A model generated the notes under the pieces. It was given only the letters and a program-made list of their open reading frames with translations. It was not told the DNA's origin and did no database searches. From the NCBI GenBank assembly GCA_016933675.1, contig JAFGAM010000001.1:21181-85180 (forward strand): DNA of 64,000 nucleotides, read 5' to 3'. Position 1 is the stretch's first letter. Every line of letters begins with the position of its first letter. Below are positions 52,543-60,435 of this stretch, piece by piece. Source of the DNA: Candidatus Anaeroferrophillacea bacterium. GTDB lineage: Bacteria; Desulfobacterota; Anaeroferrophillalia; Anaeroferrophillales; Anaeroferrophillaceae. Made by a program: the position numbers and the translations under genes.

Positions 52543-52809
52543 TCCATCATGAAAATCGTGTTTTGCGCGCGATAGTATGATATATTGTCCCCGCTGTCAA
52601 GCCAGGAGCACGGCAGCGGCCGGCAAAAGGCAAAGAAACACCCGTTGGCCGCCGCCGAACAGCTTATCGAAACATGGATCAAGGGGTCCGGCAGGCCGGG
52701 CACCCGCATGGTGCCCGGAAAAAACCTTTCCGGGCAATGGATTGACGGCTTCGCCACCGCCGCCGAATATCCGCGGCATCACTCATACGTTCGCATGTCA
52801 CAACATACC

Positions 52810-53928
52810 ATGGTCCCGTCCATCCTCGAACGCTATACAATGCGTGAAATCGGCCGCCCCATCGTCGGCGTCGCCGCCGTGCTGGTGCTGATCTTCGCCG
52901 GCTACTGCACCGTCCTCTTTCTCGACGACGCGGTCAACGGCCTGCTTTCCCCCGCTGCCGTGGGTATCCTCATCGCCCTGAAGGTCTGCATCGCCCTGGA
53001 CGTTCTGCTGCCCGTATCCCTTTTTCTGGCAGTGATCCTCGCCCTGGGCCGCTTCCACGCCGACCGCGAACTGTTGGCCATGGAGGCCGCCGGGGCGGGG
53101 TATTGGCCGGTGGTAAAGGCGGTACTGGTACTCGGGCTGCTGCTGGCGGTGATCGTCGGCCTGGTTTCCGGCTTCGTGCGCCCCCGGGCCTACGAACAGA
53201 TGTACCGGCTCAAGGCCCGGGGGAAGAACGAGCTGAACCTCGCCCACATCGAGGCCCGACGCTTCTACGAACTGGGCGCCGGACGGGACGGGGTATTCTT
53301 CGCCGAGCGGGTGGACGACCGCGACGGACTGGTTCACGGCGTCCATGTCTGGCTGCAGGAAGGATTCCGCCGTCAGGTCATCCAGGCCCAGAGCGCCGTT
53401 CAGGGAGTCGACCCGGATACCGGCGACCAGGTGATCGAATTCCACGACGGTTATCACTACGATATGGACGATGCCGCCGGCAGCTGTCAGGTGGTGTCTT
53501 TCCGGCGGCTGCGCCGCCGCATCACCCCGGCGCTGGCGCTGGGCGGCGCCGCGGCGAAACTGAAGGCGCTGTCCACCGTCCGGCTGGCGCTTTCCGGGCG
53601 GCCGGAGGAAATCGCCGAGGTGCAGTGGCGCCGGTCCACCGGGGTCACCACCCTGCTGCTCGCCCTGCTCGGCATTCCGTTGAGCCGGACCGTACCCCGG
53701 CGCGGCAAGCATGCCCGGGTAACCACCGCCTTCGTGATCTTTTTCATCTATTACAACGTGCAGCTGATGGCGCGCTCCTGGGTCGAGCAGCAGGTCGTGC
53801 CCGCTTTTCCGGGCCTCTGGTGGGTACCGTTCCTGCTCGCCTGTCTGACCGTTTCCTGGCTGGCTCCCCGGCTGCGGGCGGCATCCGCGCCGCGGCCGAC
53901 CGGGAGCGACGCCGGAGGGCGCGGATGA
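52810..53928 (+). CDS. lptF: LPS export ABC transporter permease LptF (YjgP/YjgQ family)
   Basis: It has the N-terminus SILERYTMREIGRPIVG, six TM segments and a periplasmic insert. The start was chosen at MVPSILERY. Confidence 0.8.
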   Translation: MVPSILERYTMREIGRPIVGVAAVLVLIFAGYCTVLFLDDAVNGLLSPAAVGILIALKVCIALDVLLPVSLFLAVILALGRFHADRELLAMEAAGAGYWPVVKAVLVLGLLLAVIVGLVSGFVRPRAYEQMYRLKARGKNELNLAHIEARRFYELGAGRDGVFFAERVDDRDGLVHGVHVWLQEGFRRQVIQAQSAVQGVDPDTGDQVIEFHDGYHYDMDDAAGSCQVVSFRRLRRRITPALALGGAAAKLKALSTVRLALSGRPEEIAEVQWRRSTGVTTLLLALLGIPLSRTVPRRGKHARVTTAFVIFFIYYNVQLMARSWVEQQVVPAFPGLWWVPFLLACLTVSWLAPRLRAASAPRPTGSDAGGRG

Positions 53929-54998
53929 ACCTCATCGCCCGCCACATCGCCCGCCGGTTTTTCTTCTGGTGGCTGCTTTGCGGCCTGCTGCTGGTGGGTC
54001 TGTTCTCGCTCTTCGATCTGGCGGCGCAGATCGACGATCTGGAGGCCGGCTACCGCCTGGCGGACGCCCTGCTGTACGTCGCCCTGAAGGTTCCCGGACG
54101 CTTCATCGAAACCGCCCCGCCGGCCATCCTGCTGGCGGGAGTGGCCACTCTGGGCATCATGGCCGAGCACCAGGAGCTGCTGGCATTACAGGCCGCCGGG
54201 ATCGGCACCGCCCGGATCGCGTGGCAGATCGTCAAACCGGCACTGGCGGTGCTGCTGCTGCTCATGCTCGCCGGGCAGTTTATCGCCCCGCCCATGGAAC
54301 AACGGGCGTGGGTCATCCGTGAACAGGGGCGGTCGCAAACCGGGACGTTTTTACCCAACACCGGGTTCTGGGTCCGCCGGGGACGGCAATTCATCAATCT
54401 TCGCCCCGACCGCACCGGCCATGCCGCCGGCCGCGCCATCGAAATCTACCGCTTCGCCGGTGACGGCCGTCTGGAATCCCTGATCCAGGCACCCGAGGTC
54501 TCGCTGGACAACGACAACGAATGGATCCTGCACCGGGCCCGGACCAGGCACTTCGACGGCGGCAACGGCGGAATTATCCGGGCAAGCGACCCCGAAATTC
54601 GGATTCAACCGCCGCTGACCGGCACCGAAACCCGGATATTCAACCTGCCGGCCCGGACCCTGTCGTTCAGTGAGCTGCACGCCCTCATCGGGCGGTTGCG
54701 GGAGCGCCGACAGTATGCCGGCACGTTCCGGACGGTATTCTGGCAGAAGCTCACCCAAGCACCGCTCGCCCTGGCGATGCTGGCGCTGGCATTTCCCTTC
54801 ACCCTCGGGCGGCCGCGGCAGATGGGACTGGGCTGGCGGATCATGGTGGGGGCGGTAACCGGGGTGCTGGGCTATTTCATCCATCAGGTTTTCGTCAACC
54901 TCGGTCTGCTCTGGTCATGGCCGGCGCCGCTCACGGCCATCGTCCCCATCGGGGTTTTCCTTCTCGCCGCACCGCTGCTGCGGCCGCGTCGCGGCTGA
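53925..54998 (+). CDS. lptG: LPS export ABC transporter permease LptG (YjgP/YjgQ family)
   Basis: It starts MNLIARHIARRF and has the same topology as lptF. There is an ATGA overlap with lptF. Confidence 0.8.
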   Translation: MNLIARHIARRFFFWWLLCGLLLVGLFSLFDLAAQIDDLEAGYRLADALLYVALKVPGRFIETAPPAILLAGVATLGIMAEHQELLALQAAGIGTARIAWQIVKPALAVLLLLMLAGQFIAPPMEQRAWVIREQGRSQTGTFLPNTGFWVRRGRQFINLRPDRTGHAAGRAIEIYRFAGDGRLESLIQAPEVSLDNDNEWILHRARTRHFDGGNGGIIRASDPEIRIQPPLTGTETRIFNLPARTLSFSELHALIGRLRERRQYAGTFRTVFWQKLTQAPLALAMLALAFPFTLGRPRQMGLGWRIMVGAVTGVLGYFIHQVFVNLGLLWSWPAPLTAIVPIGVFLLAAPLLRPRRG

Positions 54999-55976
54999 CC
55001 CATGGCGAGGCAGCAGACGGATGGCGGGGGGGATCGCGATAAATCCGCCGGCATGGCAAACGAAACGATACACTGTCTCCTCCAGCTCCCAGGCGGTCGG
55101 CAGCGGGCGCAGCCGATAGCGGGCGATTACCGCCCGGTACGCCCCCGCCCGGCCGCCGGCAGTAGCGGCGGCCAGGCCGCGGACCGGCACCGGACCGGCG
55201 GCCGTATCCAGTTCCCGCTGCATAAGACGATGGGCATGACCGTGCAATACCAGTTCGACGCCGCGGCGGCGCAAAACCGCAAGCAGCTGCACCCCGTCCG
55301 CCAGGCGCTTGCGAGGGCTGACGACATCGGGAAACGGCGGATGATGGAGCAGCACGACACGAAATTTCCCCGCCTCGGCGCCGGCGGCCAGGGCGGTATC
55401 GAGGTCCGTCAGCTGGCGACGGCCCAACCGGCCGAGCGCCAGCAGGGGATTGCCGCCGGCCACGGCCGAAGACAGGCCGATGAACATCACCGGGCCCCGG
55501 ATGCGGACGACAGGAAAGGGATCGACCCCACCGGCAGCCGCGACCGGCGGCGACCGGCGGGCGTCGGAACGGCAGTACGGCAGCCATGCCGGCAGCCCCC
55601 GGACCAGGGATCGGCGGCCGGTGGCATCGTGGTTGCCGGGAATCACGGTAATATCGCCGGGATCACCCAGTCGTGCGAGCCAGGCGGCCGCCTCAAGGTA
55701 TTCCGCCCGCGTCCCGAGACTGGTGAGATCGCCGGTAACGACCGCGTGATCCGGCCGCCGGCGATGCAGCTCCCGCTCCACGGCGGTGAGAACCGCGGTA
55801 TCGTACACGTGGCGACGGCTTAGGTACCAGGCCGGCAGCCCGAGAACCGCTTTGAGGCTCAACTCGTACCATCGCGGTCGGGGCCGGGTGAAATGCGGAT
55901 CGGAAAGGTGGACGAAGGTAAACCCGGGGTTGTCCTCCGCCGCCTGATCCGTTACATGGTGCATTGGCTGATCCAT
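54915..55976 (-). CDS. Calcineurin-like metallophosphoesterase
   Basis: It has the motifs HLSDPH, TGDLT, GNHD, LLHHPP and HGHAH. Its 3' end overlaps lptG convergently by 84 nt. Confidence 0.8.
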   Translation of the reverse strand: MDQPMHHVTDQAAEDNPGFTFVHLSDPHFTRPRPRWYELSLKAVLGLPAWYLSRRHVYDTAVLTAVERELHRRRPDHAVVTGDLTSLGTRAEYLEAAAWLARLGDPGDITVIPGNHDATGRRSLVRGLPAWLPYCRSDARRSPPVAAAGGVDPFPVVRIRGPVMFIGLSSAVAGGNPLLALGRLGRRQLTDLDTALAAGAEAGKFRVVLLHHPPFPDVVSPRKRLADGVQLLAVLRRRGVELVLHGHAHRLMQRELDTAAGPVPVRGLAAATAGGRAGAYRAVIARYRLRPLPTAWELEETVYRFVCHAGGFIAIPPAIRLLPRHGSAATRPQQRCGEKENPDGDDGRERRRP

Positions 55977-56090
55977 AACCCGGGGGAACCCGGCAGTCTC
56001 CGGTATGGTTTTTGCCGAACCATCGGCAGCAGGCCGGAATCGGTGCCGACAGCTCGATTTCGGCATTGTCATCGCCTCGCTGAAACGGCC

Positions 56091-56245
56091 AATTACCGTA
56101 ATTCCACGGGTCCGCCCCGTCCCCCGGCTGCGGCGCGCCGAGAATCCGGAGCGGTTACCGTACCATCACGTTTTACCGCACTTCGGCGTGGTTACGGTTC
56201 CATCAACCTTGCCCGCTTGCGAGCGCGGTTACGGTTCCATAAACC
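56091..56245 (+). repeat. Array of four intergenic repeat family 3' boxes (56091, 56153, 56189, 56227), the second with a 5' box at 56136
   Basis: The boxes read AATTACCGTAATTCCAC, GGTTACCGTACCATCAC, TGGTTACGGTTCCATCAACC and GGTTACGGTTCCATAAACC. The last three are 37 nt apart. The array ends 70 nt before the operon ATG. Confidence 0.85.
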
Positions 56246-56315
56246 CTGACGGACGTGCCAGCCGACGGCGGCACGCCGGGCGGGACGTATCCCCGACCAA
56301 CCGCAGGAAAAGGAC

Positions 56316-57515
56316 ATGATCATGACCCTGAACATCCACCTGTTTTCCGACCCGCCGATAACCCTCTGGGGGCTGTCGAGCCGCGAGCGGCTGTCCCGGA
56401 CGCTGGGTAAAAAGCGGAACATCAACTGGATCTACCGCCTCGATGCCGCCCCACCGGCGGCTGACATGCTCCTGCTGGCGGGCGATTACCTCTACGACCC
56501 CCGGATACCTGAGGCCCTCGTCCGGGCGCCCGACACCATTCTCTACGACGCCCCGCCGGCGGCCGGCGGCCGCCCGACCGCCGCCCACATCTCCGCCGCG
56601 CGACGATCCGAAGTGCTGGGCCACCTGCAGAACCCGGCGACCATACCCGCTCCGGACGGGGTAACATGCCTCACCCCCGCCGAACTGGTCTCCGGATTCC
56701 AGCACCGGCTGCGCAAGATCCAGCCCCCCTATGTCCTGCCGATCACGGTGGAAAACCGCAGACGGCTGGAGAAACTGCTCTTCACCGGCTCCTACAAGGG
56801 GGTAACCGATCTGGTGACCAAGTGGCTCTGGCCGTTGCCGGCCCGCCACGTGACCCGCTGGTGCGCGACGCAAAACATCACCCCCAACCAGGTCACCAGC
56901 ATGAGCCTGGCCATGGTAATCATCGCCAGCCTGTGCTTCTACCACGGCCTCCTCGCCGCCGGCCTGGCGGCGGCCTGGCTGATGACCTTCCTGGACACGG
57001 TGGACGGCAAACTGGCCCGGGTGACGGTAAACTCCAGCACCTTCGGGCATCTCTTCGACCACATCATCGACCTCGTTTCGCCGCCGCTGTGGTACATATT
57101 CTGGGGCATGGGGGTGGAACACCGGCATCCGGACGCCTTCGGCGGCTATCTGGCGCCGCTTCTCTGGCTGCTCATCGGCGGCTACGTCGCCGGCCGGCTG
57201 GTAGAACTGGTGTTCAAACGGTGGCTGGAACCGACGGGAATCTTCTGCTGGCGGCCGCTGGACTCGGTCTTCCGCCTGATCACCGGACGCCGCAACCCCA
57301 ACCTCCTGCTGCTCACCGGCAGCCTCATCGCCGGCCGACCGGATATCGGCCTCCTGCTGGTGGTTATCTGGACCGTCATCTCCAGCATATTTCTCGTCAT
57401 CCGGCTGGAAGTCGGCCGGCGAGAGAAACACGTCGCCGGGGGACTGCGCTCCTGGCTGCAGGACGATACGGTACCGGCATCCCCGCTCATCCGCGGCTGG
57501 TTTACGGACCGATGA
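56316..57515 (+). CDS. CDP-alcohol phosphatidyltransferase family protein with an N-terminal cytoplasmic extension of about 170 aa
   Basis: It has the full signature DTVDGKLAR-x8-G-x3-D-x3-D plus TM helices. The N-terminal domain is unassigned. Confidence 0.85.
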   Translation: MIMTLNIHLFSDPPITLWGLSSRERLSRTLGKKRNINWIYRLDAAPPAADMLLLAGDYLYDPRIPEALVRAPDTILYDAPPAAGGRPTAAHISAARRSEVLGHLQNPATIPAPDGVTCLTPAELVSGFQHRLRKIQPPYVLPITVENRRRLEKLLFTGSYKGVTDLVTKWLWPLPARHVTRWCATQNITPNQVTSMSLAMVIIASLCFYHGLLAAGLAAAWLMTFLDTVDGKLARVTVNSSTFGHLFDHIIDLVSPPLWYIFWGMGVEHRHPDAFGGYLAPLLWLLIGGYVAGRLVELVFKRWLEPTGIFCWRPLDSVFRLITGRRNPNLLLLTGSLIAGRPDIGLLLVVIWTVISSIFLVIRLEVGRREKHVAGGLRSWLQDDTVPASPLIRGWFTDR

Positions 57516-58648
57516 GCGACAACCCGTGCCCGACGTATATTCCGGTTCACCGCCCGGCGAGCCGTTTCCCGGCAACCGTACCGGGGGATGAGTCCCCGGG
57601 GACCGCGCCGCATTCCCTGCATCAACCCTTTACGCCACCGGACACCGCCGCGGGGCCTCCGGCATCACCGGCGGTCTTCCGGCAGGTGGGCGTGCTGACC
57701 AATCCGCGCAGCGGCGGCAATCGCCGTAACGACGGCCGCGTGGCCGGGCTGCTGGCCGCACGGCTGCCCGCCGCCCGGCATGTTCTCGCCCGCACCGCGG
57801 GGGAGATCGAGCACGCCCTGGACGAGTTCCGCCGCGCCGGCATCGACCTGCTGGTGATCAACGGCGGCGACGGCACGGTTCAGGCGGCCCTCACCCACAT
57901 CTACGCCGTCGCGGCACCGGGTTCGTGGCGGCCGGACCTGGCCCTGCTCCGCGCCGGGACCGCCAGTATGCTGGCCCGGGACGCCGGACTTGCCGGCAGT
58001 CCGCCGGCAGCGGCGGCGCAACTGGCGGCGGCACTCACGGAAGGAGGAAAGCCCGGCCGCCTGCACGTGGTTGAACGGCATGTCCTGCGGGTGGAACACC
58101 ACCCCGAAAAACCGCCCCAATGCGGCATGTTCTTCGGCTGCGGTGCCGTCTGCCGGGGCATCGACCTGTGCCACGGCAGCCTCAACCGCGCGGGCATCCG
58201 CGGGGAACTGATGCCCGGCCTGATCATGCTGCGCCAACTTATAGACCTGGCCCGCGGCCGCCCCGACCGCCTGGGCCCGGTGCGGGCCGGGGGCATGATC
58301 GACGCCCGGCCGCTACCGGCATCATCCTGGCTGCTGATCGTCGCCGCCACCCTGCGACGGCTGGTGCTCGGCATGTACCCGTTCTGGGGGACACCGGAAG
58401 CGCCGCTGCACCTCACCGCGATCGAGACCCGGGCGCCGCACCTGCTGCGGCGGGCGGGCCGCATCATGCGTGGTCGGCCAGACGTTTCCATGACGCCGGC
58501 ACACGGTTTCCACAGTGCCGCCGGCAAACGGATGGAACTGGATTTTACCGGCGACTTCACCCTCGACGGGGAGATATACACCGCCGCCGGATCGCTGACC
58601 GCCACTACGACGGGACCGGCGCGGTTCCTGGTCTTCGAACATGGTTGA
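57512..58648 (+). CDS. Diacylglycerol-kinase-family lipid kinase (ceramide/sphingosine kinase-like candidate)
   Basis: It has the motifs LTNPRSGG and LLVINGGDGTVQ. There is an ATGA overlap with the upstream gene. Confidence 0.8.
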   Translation: MSDNPCPTYIPVHRPASRFPATVPGDESPGTAPHSLHQPFTPPDTAAGPPASPAVFRQVGVLTNPRSGGNRRNDGRVAGLLAARLPAARHVLARTAGEIEHALDEFRRAGIDLLVINGGDGTVQAALTHIYAVAAPGSWRPDLALLRAGTASMLARDAGLAGSPPAAAAQLAAALTEGGKPGRLHVVERHVLRVEHHPEKPPQCGMFFGCGAVCRGIDLCHGSLNRAGIRGELMPGLIMLRQLIDLARGRPDRLGPVRAGGMIDARPLPASSWLLIVAATLRRLVLGMYPFWGTPEAPLHLTAIETRAPHLLRRAGRIMRGRPDVSMTPAHGFHSAAGKRMELDFTGDFTLDGEIYTAAGSLTATTTGPARFLVFEHG

Positions 58649-59579
58649 TACGTTGCTCACCCTGGTCCGGCGGGAAGCCGGCAAACCGGTTCCGGCTGCG
58701 GTCCAGACCATCGCCGAAGCCGCCCGGAAACGTCACCGCACCGCGGTCACCGCGGTCATCCATTACGGTTCCTGCCTGCGGCGACCGGAATCCGTCGCCG
58801 CGGGCATCATCGATCTCTACCTGCTGGTCGACAGCTACCGCGCCGCCGGCCTGGGACCGGTATCTGCCGGCGCCTGCCGGCTGCTGCCGCCCAACGTCTA
58901 CTACCTTGAGACGGAACACGACGGGGTTGCCGTCCGCACCAAATACGCCCTCATGCACCGGGACGACTTCTTCCGCGGCACCCGACACTGGTTCCATGCC
59001 TATATTTGGGCCCGCTTCGCCCAGCCCTGCCGGCTGGTGTGGGCAGCGGACGAGGCAGAGCGTAACGTGGTTGCCGCCGCCCTGGCGGAAGCCGTGCAGC
59101 GGTTCATTCGGGAAGTGCAGCCGCTCATGAAGGGACCGTTCAGCGCCCGGGAGCTGTGGCTCGCCGGCTTCGGTCTGAGCTACGGCACCGAGCTGCGTTC
59201 GGAAACCACCGACCGCGGTGCGGAACTCTACGCCGCCGCCGCCGACTACTACGCCGGTGCCGCCCGGGCGGTGCTCGGGCCGCCGCTGCCGGCGGCAGCC
59301 GGCGAAGAACCCCGCCATACCGTGCCGGCACGCGGGCCAATCGCCGCCAGCCGGCGGCGGATCGCCTGGTTCCTGCGCCGCCGGCAGAGCAAAGTCCTCT
59401 CGGTACTGCGCCTTCTGAAGGCGGCTTTCACCTTCACCGACGGCCCCGCCTACCTGATATGGAAGATTCGCCGCCACAATCCGGATATCATCGCCGCCGA
59501 CGACCCGCGCCTGCAACGACCGGTCACGGCCCTGGCGGTACTTATCTGGCGACTCGTGCGGCGGCGTCCCCGCTGCTGA
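58641..59579 (+). CDS. Tam41/Mmp37-like nucleotidyltransferase (CDP-diacylglycerol-synthase-type) candidate
   Basis: Three blocks align by eye to yeast Tam41. HYGSCLRR aligns to GYGSGVF, IIDLYLLV to QIDIVLGV, and NVYYLE...RTKYALMHRDDF...WARFAQPCRLV to GVYFNP...VKYGVVS...LAGRLQKPVKIL. SYGTELR aligns to SYAGDIR. There is an 8-nt overlap with the kinase gene. Confidence 0.55.
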   Translation: MVDTLLTLVRREAGKPVPAAVQTIAEAARKRHRTAVTAVIHYGSCLRRPESVAAGIIDLYLLVDSYRAAGLGPVSAGACRLLPPNVYYLETEHDGVAVRTKYALMHRDDFFRGTRHWFHAYIWARFAQPCRLVWAADEAERNVVAAALAEAVQRFIREVQPLMKGPFSARELWLAGFGLSYGTELRSETTDRGAELYAAAADYYAGAARAVLGPPLPAAAGEEPRHTVPARGPIAASRRRIAWFLRRRQSKVLSVLRLLKAAFTFTDGPAYLIWKIRRHNPDIIAADDPRLQRPVTALAVLIWRLVRRRPRC

Positions 59580-60435
59580 CCGGGCTGCCGGATTCCACCG
59601 CAACGGCCACTTCATCCGCCGCCACCGCTCCTTCCGCAACCCTTCTTTCCGCCCGCCAACGGCTCAGTTTCCGCCTGATCCGGTCGAGCTTGCGCCCCTC
59701 GTCCGGAAAGCTCACCGGCAGCTCCAGGGCCCGTTCCAGTTGTTTGATCGCCGCCGGCCGATCGCCCAGGGCATAATAAACCCGGCCAAGGTAGTAGCGA
59801 TGGATAATCCGGTCATGGATGGCAATGGCCTGCCGCAACAGGTACTCGGCATCATCGAGTGAAGCCGGCGGCAGGCCGCCGGCGAGCCGGACGAAGGAGC
59901 GGACCAGCGGATTGCGGGAGGCGATACGGTAATGCCACAGGCCGAGTACCAACAGCGAGATATCGTCGTCGGGATCGATGACCAAAGCACGGTCGATGAC
60001 TTCGCGTATCTCTCCCGCCCGACCGACGCCAGCGGCGGGACCATCCTCCCCGGCCCGCGCACCGAGGGCAACGGCAAGCCACTTGTACCCCTCGTCATCA
60101 TCAGGATTCGCGGCAATCGCCTGCCGCGCCCGTTCCTCGGCCCGGCGAAACTGTTCCTTCCGCCCGTCCGCGCTGTCAGCCGCCAGTCCCAGCTGGTACC
60201 GCGCCCGGGCCCGACGCCAGAGAACGGCGGCGACAAAATCGTGCGGCCCGGCGGCATCCAGACATTGCAGGGCCGCAACCGCATTGTTTCGTTCCAGCAA
60301 TCGGTCCACCGTCGCGAAATCGCCGCCGGCAACCAGCCCTACCGTTCCGGCCGCCGCCGGCGTGCACCGCACCGGCACTCCGAAACCCAGGAAAACAACG
60401 GACAGCAGCAGCACGATCACCTTCATCCGCCGCAT
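59542..60435 (-). CDS. Exported TPR-like protein
   Basis: It has the signal peptide MRRMKVIVLLLSVVFLGFG and helical repeat-like content. Its start overlaps the stop of the ABC exporter gene. Confidence 0.6.
   Translation of the reverse strand: MRRMKVIVLLLSVVFLGFGVPVRCTPAAAGTVGLVAGGDFATVDRLLERNNAVAALQCLDAAGPHDFVAAVLWRRARARYQLGLAADSADGRKEQFRRAEERARQAIAANPDDDEGYKWLAVALGARAGEDGPAAGVGRAGEIREVIDRALVIDPDDDISLLVLGLWHYRIASRNPLVRSFVRLAGGLPPASLDDAEYLLRQAIAIHDRIIHRYYLGRVYYALGDRPAAIKQLERALELPVSFPDEGRKLDRIRRKLSRWRAERRVAEGAVAADEVAVAVESGSPVSSGDAAARVAR

Noticed and set aside
54915-54998. An 84-nt convergent overlap of lptG and the metallophosphoesterase, and a 38-nt overlap at 59542..59579
   Set aside because: This is probably ordinary 3'-end overlap, or slightly over-extended low-complexity C-termini in a GC-rich genome. 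There is no evidence of functional significance.
56153-56245. Regularly spaced (37-nt) repeats checked as a possible mini-CRISPR array
   Set aside because: Only three or four copies are present. The repeats are about 17-20 nt and diverge from one another. The same motif is dispersed singly across the window, and no cas genes are present.
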